From the NCBI GenBank assembly GCA_051294375.1, contig CM119266.1, positions 176,636 to 240,635 on the forward strand: 64,000 nt of DNA. The letters are read 5' to 3'. The notes under the pieces were generated by a model. It saw only the letters and a program-made list of their open reading frames with translations, did not search any database and was not told the origin of the DNA. Positions 1-17,300 of the stretch are shown here, one piece after another; position 1 is the first letter of the stretch; each line of letters begins with the position of its first letter. The DNA comes from Paraspadella gotoi (Eukaryota > Animalia > Chaetognatha). Both the position numbers and the translations under genes were made by a program.

Positions 1-451
1 AGGCAGATCCGACATTGTTTGCTCAAACTTGTTATTTAAATATTTAGCCTTAATCTTAAAATTCAACATTTTTTAATAGAGATTTCCATTAGAAACTGAC
101 TGCCCAACTATACAAACGACATTGGGAGAAATTCCGGTGGAAAACATTTGTAAAAACGCACGATTCCGATAGCGTTGCATCTCAAAAGCTCGACTTTTTG
201 TTCTTGTAGCATTTGATAAAGAATTTACTATCAAACAAGCCAGGAGAAATGGATTACTCATCTCCGGAGAATTTTCTAACCTCATTTTTCAGCAGATCCC
301 GACTCTATAATTCACTTTGTCGGTCCGTTGGTCCGCCCCCTCAATATTGTCGGGCACTCACTTTTATCATGTCAGAACATCGAATTATGATAAATTATGC
401 AAAAAAACGAAGTCCGTCCGTCCGTCCGTCCGTCCGTCCCATTTAGCAAAA

Positions 452-760
452 AACACCAATTACTCGTGATTGGATGGATGGATTTGAATGAAATTTTGTG
501 TGTGGGTAGGGAAGTGTGTGATTGAGCTGTATCTGAAGTTTCGATGGAATCGTCGAGTGGAAATGAGTTTAAATGGAAAAAATAAAAAAATATATTTCAC
601 TATTTGAACACCAATTACTGATGAGTGGATGGGGCAATTGACTTGAAATTTTGTATTTGGGTAGAAAAGTGTGTGATTAAACTGGAAATCAAGCTTCGAT
701 GGAATCGTTTGAGTGGAAATGAGTTTAAATGGAAAAAATAAATAACCTATTTCACTAATT
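452..760. repeat. Imperfect tandem duplication of ~155 bp within a probable TE remnant
   Basis: AACACCAATTACT...TTCGATGGAATCGT..GAGTGGAAATGAGTTTAAATGGAAAAAATAAA occurs twice. Confidence 0.8.
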
Positions 761-2538
761 GATTATGCTTCTTTTTCTTTTTATTTTAAATGTAAATGCA
801 AGATATATCAATTAATCAAATAATTAATCAGTTAATTAATCAATTAGTCAATTAATTAATCAATAATTAATTAATCAGTCAATTAATCAATCAAAACAAA
901 CATTTCTGATCAAATTAATTAATTAATTGCCTAATTAAATAATTAACTTGAATTAATTATTAATTAATTAATTACCGATAATGATCGTGGGAAGATCCGA
1001 CATTGTTTGCTGAAACTTGTTACTATAGAAATGAAAGGGAAATTTCACTTTTTTAAAATTACAAACGGGATTACTGTATGTTAGCATGAGAAATGGTACT
1101 TTGAATTATGAGATTCCAAAAGCCTTGTGTCCCTACAGCTCGACTTTTTTTTTCTTTTTAGTATCGATAATTTTTTTCCTATTAAACCACCATGGTAAAG
1201 TGAATTGGTCCAGTTTTCATCGCGAAATTTTTATTTAAAAAGAAATTAAAAGGAAGGTTGAGAAAAAAAACTGATTTTTCCTAATATCTTTTGAAGGAAC
1301 AAAGATAAAGGGATGGCCTTAATCTTAGGGCACATACAAGATACAATTTTAGAAATATTTTTGCTGAAACCTCTTACAGGGTGCGTGTCAAACTAAGTCA
1401 AAATTATAATTAATTTTAAAACTAATGATACCCCATAAAGATAAAAACAAATAGACTGCTTCTGGACGAAAAAATTTTCTATCTCTGATTTTATATAGAA
1501 CTGAAGGGGATTTTTTTCCTTGAAAACGATATAAACGTAACTGAAGTATGTTCCTGTTCAACAAAGTGTCTGAAGGGCTCTAAAAATTTTTCTTTACATT
1601 TTATTTGGTTATTTTGATATGATATGATCATGGGAAAGTGAATTAGTACATTTTGGTGAAATTTTTATTTAAAGTAAAAGTAAAAGACGAACTAACGATC
1701 GGAATTCTAAGAGTTTTCAACCGGGAGTCAGATTCAGGAAAAATCTTCTATGGCGAAAATCTTCCAAAGAAAGGGTGGATTTTCCGAAGATTTTGATTAA
1801 TATTTTCTATATTTATCGTCGGATTTCTTTGAAACTTAATATTTACAAAATTGCCATCATTCTACCTTGGCCGGTATAAGAATATATTAAAAAAACCTTT
1901 GGCTTTGTTCGTCAGAGCTTAGTCCTACTTAGTACTTAACCTTTAACCTAATTTTTAAACCTTACAATTAACTTTTGAATTGTAAAATTCGAATGAAATG
2001 TGTTTTGAACCGCAATCTCTTACCTTTTTACTGACAAAAAGTTGGCTAAAAAAGCCTCTCGGAATGGCTCGTCAAACCCTTCAATCGCTGCGCCAAAGTA
2101 AATCTTTGAAAACTTTCGACAATATGTAGTTGTATTCATAATTCACTTAAATGTAGAAAATATATACATACATACATCATCGTAGTATGACGGTCTTTTA
2201 GGTTAATTTGAAAAAAAGTAAAAACATAAAAAATTTCATTTAGTTTTTGTTCTTTGTTTTCCTTTTTGTTTACCGAGACGTAGATATTTTGTGACGCACC
2301 TAAATTTAACCACAGATGTTAAGTTATAAAATTCGATTTTTAATCCATTTATTGACCCCCCCAACATTTTTATTTTTATCTTTTTGTTTCTTTTTTCTTC
2401 TTTTTTTCCTTTATGTTTTCTACATTTTTTTGCCCAATCATTTCAACTTTTTCTCTTTTTCAAATTTCTCTCCCTTTTTTCACAAACTTCACCTACTTTT
2501 TCTCCACCCCCCCATATTTCCCCTCTTCCTCCTCACAG

Positions 2539-2640
2539 TGCGGTTACGTCTACACCGATAATTGGGGTCCCTACCTGAAGCAATTTCAAACCGCGGATGG
2601 AAAGATCGACTACGCTGCCTTCATCAAATCACTTCGTTAA
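2539..2640 (+). CDS. Terminal exon of an EF-hand (calmodulin/myosin light chain-like) protein; upstream exons not found in the window
   Basis: Pyrimidine tract plus CAG acceptor at 2536-2538, then CGYVYTDNWGPYLKQFQTADGKIDYAAFIKSLR*. DGKIDYAAF is typical of a C-terminal EF-hand. Confidence 0.65.
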   Translation, partial: CGYVYTDNWGPYLKQFQTADGKIDYAAFIKSLR

Positions 2641-3845
2641 ATGGGGACTTTTTTTCTTAAAATCGGGACTTGTCACTCAACCGAGACATTTTTGTTTAAA
2701 ATCGGGATTACAAATTTTAAACTCTTGAAACTGGAAAAGTAAAATTTGGTTTTCTTTTTTTTTTTTTTTTTTGTTCAATAGTCGCAGGTGATCGAAAATT
2801 GAAACTTTTTTCAATTTTAAAGAAATTCCCTAATTACATTTAAAAAAAATTAGGACAAGGCTCTTTTTATTAAACCTGGTATAACGAAGAAAAATTGCGT
2901 CCGTTTCAAGAGAAAACTCATGATCATTTGTGTGTACATTCACTGCTAGCTTTCGCGTTGTACATTACGTTCTTGGTTATACAGCTTTCAACCAAATAGT
3001 TGTATTTTTGGTTTTTAAATTGTAATAAAATGTATAAAATTTTGTTTAGATAAGTAAAACAAAAGTAGCTTAGCTCACCAGTTAAATTTAGTTTTCGTTA
3101 ATTTACGAAAAAAAATGTATTTTAGTATACAAAAGACAAGAATATGTTTTGACACACGCTTTACAAGTTTAAAACAAAAAATACTAAATAAAAAGCATAA
3201 AAAAGCAAAAGGCAAGCATTAGATCAACGTTCACGTAGAAATACAAAATACCGCAAATCAGCGATGAGCGAAAAATTAAAAACAAACAAAAGACATACAA
3301 TATAAGTAAAGTAAGAAGGTTCGGTACACAATTTCAATCGCCAAAAAAAAATTGACCGATTAAAAAAAAAATTCGCGCTATATTTTAAAAGTTTAAACGA
3401 ATTAACACGCGTTTCACAAACCTTTGCCATATATATAAATTCTAACTAATGTTAACAATAAAGCGCACTATATGTATTTCGAAGATCTTTTTTCAAAAAA
3501 TGTTTCGTTGCGATGGATTTTTTCTTTCGTTCGCGAAATTTCCGCAGTTTTTGTTTTGTTTTATTTTTTATCGTCCTTTTTTAATTATTTTAATTCTTTT
3601 CCAAAAATCGTTCAACGTCTCCAATGATTAACCACCACCGCAACAACTCCCACAAGACCATACGTCACTCCTCCCTCCTCATCACATTCGTCTAAGCCAC
3701 ACCGCTCATACAACTCCATTGTTCCGCCACTCAGCCTCCAAACGCTACTCCAATACTCCTCGTGTTCGCAACTCCTCCCCACGCCATTCTCTTCCTCTGC
3801 CACCCTTCCCCCTTACGCCACTCCCCCTCTAACGCCACTCCTCCC

Positions 3846-4907
3846 TCACGCCATTCTCTTCCTCTCCTCCTCTATTTCCTCCTTGGTCGGCAGCCACGTT
3901 TTGACGTTGGGCTCGGCGTGTTTGAGATTGACGTTGCCCGACGCGATGGTCGCCAGGATTTTGTCTTGAGACGTCACTCCCGATTTGTCCGAGACGTCGG
4001 CCTTTTTCAGACGACCTGGTGGCGGGTCAGGGGGTGGAAGAGGTGTAGGGTGTAGGTTCAGGGGGTGGAAGAGGTGTAGGGTGTAGAGTTCAGGGGATGG
4101 AAGAGGAGTAGGTGTAGGGTTCAGGGGGTGGAAGAGATGTTGGGTGTTAGGGTTCAGGGGGGTGGAAGAGGTGTAGGGTGAGTTTTTGGGAGAGGTTTTG
4201 TGTGTTCGTGTGTGGAGAGAAGATTAAGAGCCAGGGCGAGGAAAACAAGAGTTAATGACAATTATATGAATGGGATTTGATTTAATCGTTAGATAAATAT
4301 TAAATGTTACATAATAACATAATATTATGTGTTTTATCATAATTTTGTAAACCTCAAAGTCGGCGATGTTGAAAAGCTCAGACGTTCTACGAAAAACAAA
4401 AGGCCTTTTTTTCGTTTCTTGATTTTTTATTTTTTCCCCTATTTTTTTTGGGGGGGGGGTTAAATTTACTTTTTCAACATTTAAATTCTTTTTATTTATT
4501 TTTTTCTAGAAACAACCTTTCCATTGTACTTTTGCAATATTTTATGTTCGTTTCTTTGCTTTTTTTCCCTTTCGGCGAACTGCAGGTCACCGGCCCCTAG
4601 CAAACTCGCAAACAGAAAGCGAGAGAAAAATGCGGTGGCAATAGTCGTCGCCGTCGTCGTCGTCGCCGTTGTCGTCGTCGTCGTCCTCACTCTGTATTTG
4701 CAACGTCTGGGTCATTGATGCTTTTGTACCACGCATGTCTGATTTTGACAAATTGCTTTTTTTATCGCTTGACCGACTTTCTTTCCATTTTTTTTCAGTC
4801 TAAATGTTAACATTCAAATATTAATCTATGAAAGTTAATATTAAAACGGTAATCACCTGGTCATATCCGCTGATTTCGCCAAGGGGCAGCTTGGGTTGAT
4901 CCGCCAT
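3846..4907 (-). CDS. Beta-thymosin/actobindin-like two-repeat WH2 actin-monomer-binding protein (~73 aa; internal exon structure uncertain)
   Basis: Exon 4857-4907 encodes MADQPKLPLGEISGYDQ with a GT donor. Exon 3846-4015 has a CAG acceptor and encodes RLKKADVSDKSGVTSQDKILATIASGNVNLKHAEPNVKTWLPTKEEIEEERKRMA*, matching thymosin beta [22 protein letters not shown]. Absent from the ORF track. Confidence 0.8.
4027..4180. repeat. ~30-bp tandem repeat, about 5 copies, forming the pyrimidine-rich tract of the thymosin last intron
   Basis: Unit approximately TCAGGGGGTGGAAGAGGTGTAGGGTGTAGGT. Confidence 0.85.
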
Positions 4908-5926
4908 TATGATTGTTTATTTTTCTTTTCTTTTAAAGATTAAAAGAACTTTCTTGGCAGTTTGGACGAAGACTCGTCTCTCCGATTGCTATGATCGCTA
5001 ACAAGATATTCAAGTTCGGACTAAGAAAAACGTAAATGTTGTAGATGAAAAGATAAAACAACGAGAAACTTTCAACAGATTATTTTCCAACACCAAATTT
5101 TTAAAAATAAAAAAAGACGAATGAATAATGAATTAATTCAGTTTGTTGAGTATTTTTTGGTAAATTTTGGGTAATATTTTTGTAATACCAGTAAAGTGTT
5201 TAAATAAATGGATTCAGCGAAAATTTAATCACGTTTATTATTTTGTTCGTATTTAGGACAAGTGTAGTAATTTAACAGGTACAAAATCACCAAATAAGAA
5301 AAATCATCTTTAAACAAAGACGCGACGTCATTCGGCAAAACAAAGAAAATTTGCGTCTCAATGAGGTGGGCATTGCTTTTGGCAGATGACAGCCACTCCG
5401 TGATTGAAGCCAAAACCCGCGTTTTACAAAAGTGCATTTCGAGAAACCAAGAGCGGCGATTAAAAAGGAAAGTCTCATTGATAAGGCAAGGAGCGGATTT
5501 AGCCAGAAGCACAGGAAAAGAATTCCGTCCGTAAGAAAAAAAACTGGGAATTGCCATTCGCCGAACAAAGGAAGAGTCTTTCTCCCAAAGTTAAAGTCGC
5601 GCAGACGGAGAAAGAAGCGAGGAAGTAGTTGAGTCATTTGGTTGCATGAGGAGCTGATGAGGAGGAGGGGAAGCAGGAAGAGGAAGAAGAAGTGAGTGGA
5701 GGAGAGAGAAGAGGAGGATAACTGAATCATCGTGGAAGAATCTGGAGAAACCGACCATTCACTATTTTTCTTCTTTTTTTTTTTGAGGTTTTGTAAAAAA
5801 AAATGGGGGAAAAAGAAAAACTCAGCTGATGGCGAATGTGAATAAGATAGAGGAAAAAGAAGAGGAGAATATATGGGATGATGGAGGGAAGGAAGGAGGG
5901 AGAAAGAGAGGGAGGGAGAGAGAGAG

Positions 5927-5957
<31 letters not shown>

Positions 5958-6715
5958 GAGATAGAGAGTGTATAAATTAATATTTTGGCGACCAAAAACT
6001 ACTAAAATAGCTTAACAATAAAAAAACATTTTTATTTCTAATTCCGATACCGATAAAGATTCAAACAATGATTCCATTTTTAAGTTAAACTCAACCTAAC
6101 TTTTTTTAAAGGTTCGTTTGAAAAACGTTTAAAAAACTCAGACAAAAAAGTTTGGATTTAAATGATCGTTCAGATTTCGCCTTCGACAAGAAAAAAAAAA
6201 GTTTTCAATTGAAATTAAAAAAACAAAACAAAAATTGAAGAACAAAATTGCACAGCTTTTCCTGAATGCCCCATTTTATCTTAAATTTGGAATTAGGTTA
6301 GAGGTTAGGGTTAGGGATTGAGTTAGGGATTAGGTTTGTTGTTAGGGTTAGGGATTTGTGGTATGGATTATCGTTTAGGGTTAGAGGATAGGATTAAAAA
6401 TTAAGAGATTAGAATGAGGGGTTAAGATTAAGGAGAAGTTTGTAAGTTGAAATTAATATTTTCATTAAATATTAAAAATAAAATTCAATTCTATGACAAA
6501 CGAAAAAAAAAATGGGGCACTCTCGGAAAAGTGAGCCCAAAAAAATTCGTCCATTTCCATCTTATTCCATCTGAATTCGATTTCCTTCTTTGCGCTTTCA
6601 TGCAAATTCGATGCAAGAATTTTTTCCTCGCAATGGAAAGAAAAATATCAGCCAGAAATAACAAGTTTTTCTTGAGACGAGGATGTAAGAAGTAGGAAGG
6701 GAGTGTGGGCGGGCG

Positions 6716-6795
<80 letters not shown>

Positions 6796-7089
6796 GAGCG
6801 AGAGAAAGAGAGAGAGACAGACCGTCAGACCGGCATATAAAAAAACCAAAATTATAAAAAGTAAACTAGTAAACCTCGTGAATCAAACGTCTGAACCATC
6901 GATCTTTCGGTCGTTTCACATTTTTTCGTGAGTCAACGGAAAATCTCATGGGATCGAAAGTGAAGATGAGTCATTTAAAACAAAATAGATATGTGAAAAT
7001 CATTGAAGAATAATTTTGTTGATTCCGCAGCGAAAGAAAATATTGAGAGAGAAAAGCGACGTTATTATTGAGCAAAATTTGAAGATGGA

Positions 7090-7217
<128 letters not shown>

Positions 7218-7298
7218 GAAAAAGATGTTTGCGGTTTTAAAGAAAATCGTGAGAGACAATTTTATTTATTTTTATGTCGAGTGTCAATGTCGATGGCG

Positions 7299-7342
<44 letters not shown>

Positions 7343-7693
7343 CTCGTCGTCGTCGTCGTAGTAGTTGTTTTAGTAAAAATCTTTTAAAATAAAAACAACA
7401 TTGTAGTTATAAATTGAAATAACAACCAATCAACTCAACGAAATATACAATCTAAAACATTGATTTATCACAGTTGTTTCGAAAAGTATGGAGGATATTT
7501 TTATATCTATAGAAACAATAGCCGCTGAATTGACTCTTTTATTTTTAGAATTTCCAGGGGGTATATCGCAATTAATGAAAAAATTATTTAAACAGCAGGC
7601 TCTCCAGTTAATTTTGATTGATAAACGAACTTTGATATTCTCAACAAACGTCGATGCATAAAGTAAATAAAAATCTTGAAACAAAAAAAATAG

Positions 7694-7813
<120 letters not shown>

Positions 7814-7816
7814 TGT

Positions 7817-10837
<3,021 letters not shown>

Positions 10838-11337
10838 GGCGACGGGGAGGTGTTCCGGCGAATGCAGAGTTTTGTGTAATAGTTTCAGTGATTTTTATAA
10901 AAAAAAAAATAAACTAAAAAATAATATTAAATAAGAAATTTGAATAATAAGGCGGAGCAGCAAAGCCAATACAAGAGATAAAGCTAATAAAATTCCCGAG
11001 TAAGAGACAAAGGCACCAAAAATCAAAAATTGCAACCGAGTCATGTTTGGGTTGTTGCACTTGTTGTCAAATTAGTGGTACATTTAAAATGATAAATATT
11101 AAATCAGTCTAAAAATTGAAAGAATCAAAAATTGATTCTTGTAGCGAAAAAAAATGCAGCATTTACAGCACCAAGAAGATATGAGGATGATGTAGAAGGA
11201 AAATTTTTAATCTTCACATAGCTCGAGAGCTTTATATTGTTTAAGGGCAAATTTAACTTCTTTTTTTTTTTTGCAATATCAAATTTATTTTATAAAAGCC
11301 AGATTTGATGTCATGAATATCTTCTTCTAAAACGGCC

Positions 11338-14300
11338 TCATTGCGGCACTTGACTTCTCCTCAAAGATTTCCTGTAATTCAACTGTTGCCTCTTCTTCAG
11401 CAACGCTTCTCTCTTCTCTCTCAATTCTCTCTCCGCTTTCTCCACTTCGATCAGCGCGTCCCGTTCCTCGATCATCCTTCTGATTCTCATCTTCCCACCA
11501 TCGTCGACATCCTCGCCACACGCTCCGTCCGTGCTCGACCGACCATCCTCGGCCGCCGGCTTCTGACTCTCGGCTGCCTTGACCAGATTCTCTGAAGCCT
11601 TCCGTACTGCCGTTCCGGCCTCTTGTAGCCTCTTCATGTTCTCCGACTCTTTTCCCGCCTTAACCTGCGCGGCGAGGATGAGCTGTGCCGTGGAGGAGGC
11701 GACCAGCTTGGCGGAGCTGATCAAGCTTTCCTCTGAGCCCGTGCCCTGTACCATGGCGTTGGCGGCTTCGCAGAGGGAGTTGGTAGCGGCGGCAACATGC
11801 TGAGCGGCGGAGACGAGCCCCTTGGACCAGCGGTACTCTTCGTCATGGTGTCGAACAGACACTTCGCTATCGATGATGCCCTTTTCTATGAGCTCCTTTT
11901 GGGTATAAGAGGCGGCCTTGATCAAAGCCGAACTGGCATGGGCAATCGCCTTGGCCGCCTCAAGGATCTGCTCTTCGAAATTAAGGGAGTCATCGACTTC
12001 AGCGACGACGGTCTTGCGAGGTTTGAGCAACGCCAATTTCTTGGCGGCCGCGTCAATCGAAGCCGCGGCTACCAACAAATCTCTTTCCGCAATCACTGTG
12101 GGGTCGTCTGGGTTGACCCAGTCCTCACCCTTAAGACACTCGGCGGCTCGAGTCACTGCCGTTACAGACTGGGCCACGTTTTTTGAGAATTCTCTGAGGT
12201 TTTCTTTTTTGGCATCTGGGAGGTTCATTTCTTGTAGGATTTTTATGTAAAACTTTGCACATTCTCTGGCCGCAGACATGATAGTAGACTTTGTTTCAAT
12301 GTCAGCAAATTTTGATGCTGCAGCGGCCATCTTTAGTAAATCGCAGAGAGCTTGGCGACCAGAGTCAGAGCCAATATCTAAATCATCATTGCTCAATCCA
12401 GCAGCCATTGTTTTGGAGGTGGCAGATGTGACCAACTTTGTTGTGTTAATCAGATCCTCTGGACTGCAAACCAATTCATCAGCATAATTTGTTTGATGAC
12501 TTTTTTCAATCTCTTGTGCAATAGCAGAGATCGCACCATTTAAAGTAACATTCTTCTGCATTTTAGAATTTTCAATGCCCTCGATATTTTGTTTCACTGT
12601 TGTAATATTGTTTCTAATAGCTTCTAATTTTGGCTCAAATTTTTGGGAATCAGAATCTTTTTGATGGAGTGATTGCTTGACTTCATTCACAAAATCTTTG
12701 CTGCTTTGCAAAAGTTCTTTGAAGCAAGTCAGCAAGGCGACTTGAACGGACATGTCTTTGATGGAAGCTGCAGACATATTTTTCATCTTCTCCGAAAGCA
12801 TTAAAAGGCTATTATTTATTTTTGGAATGTTTCCTGCAACACTTGTTTCATCAAGTGCATTTGGAATTTGTGTCAGATTTGTCTCAAGAGAGTTCAGCAG
12901 GCATTCTATGTCAGATTTCAGTGGTTTTGAAGATGGATCTCCTTCACTTTGCATTCCAGCTGAAACAAAAATAAGAGTGGTATCAATGTCAGCTAGTATG
13001 CCTTCTAAAGAAGAAAGTGTGGAGATACAAGACTCTGTGCCTTCTCCAGACTTTTTCAAAGACTTTAGCACGTTGGCCAACTTCAACTGGGCGTCTTTGA
13101 CTACAGAATTTGTTTCCTCAGGAGAGACATTGTTGCTCTCAATATTCTTGTTTACCAAACCTAACAAATTTTGCAGGTCATTTGCGAGTGCTTTAAAAGT
13201 ATGAATAGTCGTCGATTGAGTATCTTGGACAAACATAGCAATTTTTTTGGAAAGTGCCTCATACACATTTGCTGCCTCGGCAAAGGTTTCAAAGACCTCC
13301 GGAGAATTGGCCAAAAGCTTTATTTTTATCTGATTTAATGATCGACTCAATTTCTGGATATCTTTTAGAAGCTCTTCCAATTCGATGCCTTCTGATGCGT
13401 TAGGACGGGACGTGGGTTCTAAATTGTTTAAACCATTTTGAATTGCAGATTTTATGCCATGAACTTGACCTAGATCTACCATCAGACATGAAATTGCTTC
13501 AATGAGCTCATTGATAGAAGATTCTGCATCTTCTTTCGACTCTGCGAGTGACACTCTCGATGAAATATTTTCTGGGTCTGTGTTAGTTATATTGGTGATG
13601 AAAGTTTTGATGCTTTCTCCCGCTGTCTTAGCGTTATTGACTATTTTGTCTTTGCTACGCTCATTTGGAGCTTGCGCAGCTAATCTTATAGAACCGTTTA
13701 ATAAAGGGTCAAAGAAATTAATCAGCTCTTTAACACTTAAACCTAATCGGTTGGGAGCATTTGTGGCGGCATTAACAACGTTATCCAGTTCTTTCAAAGC
13801 TTGTTTACTTGCCAAAGTAACTTTTTGATGGTCCCCTTCCAAACTTGTTTCATCTCCAAATTCTAATCCATTTATGACTGCCTCATCTATTCCTTGAAGC
13901 AAAGACTGTATAACTGCAGAAGCTTCTTGGCATTCTACTAATCCAGGGCGATTTCTTTCAATTATTTCTCCTATTTCTTTAATTATTTGCAATAAAGCAT
14001 TGGAATTGACATTAATGTCAGAATCAGTAGCTTTGGAATATTTATTGATACTTTCTTTTATGAGTTCTATGGCCGAATCCAAGAGTTGCAAATTTTGTTT
14101 TCTTATATCATCAGTAAGTTCATTACTTTCTTTTTCCAGGCTTTTATCTCTCACAGCATTGCACAGCAGGTGCAAATTTTCGATAAATTCTTCAGCTTGG
14201 TTTGTTTTCTTTGATGTGTCCCCATCTTTAATGGCAGTTATAATATTGGAAGTAACTTTTGCAAGATTTTTACTGTAGATAATGTACTTCTTTTTAACTG

Positions 14301-17300
14301 AATCTGAAACTGTTGCAAATGATGATTCCTTTGCTACATTACAAATATTTTTAACATCAGCGATCAAATTTTCAGTGGCCTTCGTTCGGTTTGCTGGATC
14401 TACATCATTTAACAGTGTGTCAATATGATTTTCTAATCTTTTCTCAGTATCATTAAACAAATTAGCATCCAGAATTGCCGCTATTGGTCGTTTAACATCA
14501 TAGCATGCAATCAGTTCATTTACAAGCTCTGTAACCCCCTGTTCAGCTTTTCTGACTCCTAAAACGATATTTTCACTGTTATCAGTGGCGAATCCTGTGT
14601 TTAGTAGAGAAATTGATGAGCTTATACTATCCGATCTCTTCAATAAATGTTTTTTTATTTCAAAGTGATTTGGACTTTTTTTGGAAACATCAATTTCATT
14701 ATTATCTATTTTATTCTTCAATTGTTGTAGTCGCTTAATGGCATTTTCACATTCTTTTATATGTGCAGTACCATCCCATTTAAGAGATAGAAGCTGTTTT
14801 AAAGAATCGGTCACTGTTTTCACAGCAGTTAACAATTTTTCATCCTCTGGCGGTTCATTTGAAATATCAATCTGGATTTCAAGCAAATTCAATAGAAGAG
14901 AATTGGATGCATTTAAAACATCCTCAATCATCGGTTTGACGTCACCTACAATGTTTTGATCATGGAAAGACAGAAGTTGATAGCTTGTTTCCATAAAGAC
15001 AGAAATGCTTTTATTAAATTTTTCTGGAAATGACCGAGGAATTCCTGAAGATGAATGTGCTAAGCCAGAAATACAAGAATCGAGACCAGATAATGCACTA
15101 AGAAATTGTGAAACTGCATCTTCAAAAGCTAGATTCTCAGTTGATAAGCTCAGGTCATCACTAAAAACTTTGTGATAGCCACTTATCTTATCAATGTTGT
15201 TTTGAAGTTGTTTAGCAAATGGAGATAATTTAAGGAAGTCTATGTATTCATTTTCAAGTTTTTTGACATCAGCTTCTATGCAAGATTTCGTGTTAGGATC
15301 ATTAAAGTTTGCTGCTCTTGAAAATTCCAATAATTTGGCTGTACTATTCGTAACGTCTATACCTTTTGATAAAAGTTGTTGTTTAGAATCAGCATCAATA
15401 TTTTCATCTTTTAGTTCCGCCTTCAAATTATGAATGAAAGTTTTGAGATTTTTCTCTATCTCTTTACTAAGAGCTTTTAAATCTTCTTTAGTGTGATCGT
15501 TAAAACCGTAGACCAAGTTTTTTGTTGATTTTAGCAGAGATTTGGCTGCCAGAGCAATGTCTGGATCATGCTTTTCTGTGAAGCTCAATGAACGTATCAA
15601 ACCTTCATTGCTTGAACCAGAGTTAAAGGCTATAAGTTCTTGCTGAGTAGAATTTAAATTTCTTATTGCATTATCCAGAAAGGATGATTCATGCAATGGT
15701 TGCAATAAATCACTCGAGGCTTTGGTCAAAGATATAGCTTCTTGAAGGACTTGACAAAATTCTGATAATAGTAAAGCTTCAGATTCGTTGTTCAAAGTTG
15801 GAACCACGGAGCGACACTTTTCCACATAAGAATCAGCTTGAGTCATGCATTCTTCACAAAGGGCTCTACATTCTGTCAAATTTTTCCTGTAGACATCGTC
15901 GTCTTCTTTTTCCGCCAACTTCTGCACCGCGAGAATCATATTCCTCGCAAACTCCTTCATCTTTGCATTCTTCTCTCGAAGCCCAGAAATTGGTTGATGT
16001 TGGGGGTTGGTTTTGGCAAGGAATTCCGCGGCGGAGGCAGTTAGAATTACAGCTTGCGAGAGTTGCAGAGATTCTGATTTGAATTTATCGCCAAGCAAAT
16101 ACCTCAGACTGTCATCAGTACCCAAATTTACGGCAATCAAGAAATCATTTAAAGCCTTTGTAAAGTTTTTCTCACCCGCCACGTCCTCTCCCCCGATTTC
16201 ACCTGCGGTGTGAATCACATGATCAGTTGTCTCTTTCAAGATAAAAATGGCGTCGTTAACGTCATCTGCCTTGTCTGGTGATTCTTGAATCACTTGTTCC
16301 AGCATAGAAGCAATTGTAGAGCTGAGTTTGGACAAGTTGTTCACACGCGTTTGAACTTTGTTTTTATCGGCAAATGAGACTTTGATGAATTTGACTTCAT
16401 TGACAATGTCTTCCAAGAGCTTGTCTAGAGAATCTTTGTCCTCAGTCACAGAGTGAGGTTTTTGAACGGCATCCATTAAATCTCTCAATGATTTTGTGAC
16501 CTCTTCAGCGGATTTCTCAATGTCCGCCAATTTGGACTGATCGATGCAAGAGCTGTGCTTCAGACTGCTAATCAAATCGTCCATAGCGTCGGTAACTCTG
16601 CTGATCGCATCCAATAAAACGGACTGAGCAAGTTGAACCTTCAAATGTGGGTAGAGTAAGTCGCCACTCTTTTGCAGATTGTCGACGCAATCCACAAAAT
16701 GTTTGAGCGATTTTTTTATGGATTCTTCTTCTTCTGGTGATGGATTGTCGATAGACTTCTCAATGGCGTTGACCAGGTTATCCGACGCCGCCTTCAGCTT
16801 TGACGAGATATCCCTATATGGCTTCGGGTTCAACATCTCGGCTGTGACCAACTCCATCAACGGCTTTGCCTGCGCCGCCAAATCTTTGGCAGCCTTTTCG
16901 ATCTTCTCGTGATCTTGCAGATTTCCCGCCACGTCTAAAAAGTTGCCAAACTCATTGACCAACAGTTTAACCGCATTGGTCAATTTTCCCTTCTTAACCG
17001 CGGCGGTTTGGAGCGAGGTAAACCTTCTTGTCTCTTTCAGAGCCTCTTCAAAATTCAGCGATAAATTGTTGACGACTTCGTCGGCTTCTTTAAATTTCTT
17101 TTCCGATTCCTCGATGTGAATTCCATTGACGAGTTTCCCTAGATTGGCGTTGAACCTTCCCAGGTGCGCTTGAAGGGCCTGTTGACGCAGGAGTGCCTCC
17201 TCATTGGTCGTGGCTTCATCGCGAAAGGGTAGGTAATCGTAGTCATCCTCCTCTGAGGCCGAGTGCAACGATTTTAAATTCCTTTGCGCGTTGCCCATCG

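Noticed and set aside
4334-4600. Extra exon-like pieces in the thymosin intron (GPVTCSS..., TSELFNIADFE)
   Set aside because: They end in phase 0 and hit a stop on joining the last exon, so they cannot be fitted into the WH2 frame.
5225-5730. Overlapping 66-147 aa ORFs between the thymosin gene and ARPC1
   Set aside because: No recognisable motif or consistent splice partners.
6292-6430. TTAGGG-like tract
   Set aside because: Short, degenerate and internal; no evidence for a telomere or fusion site.
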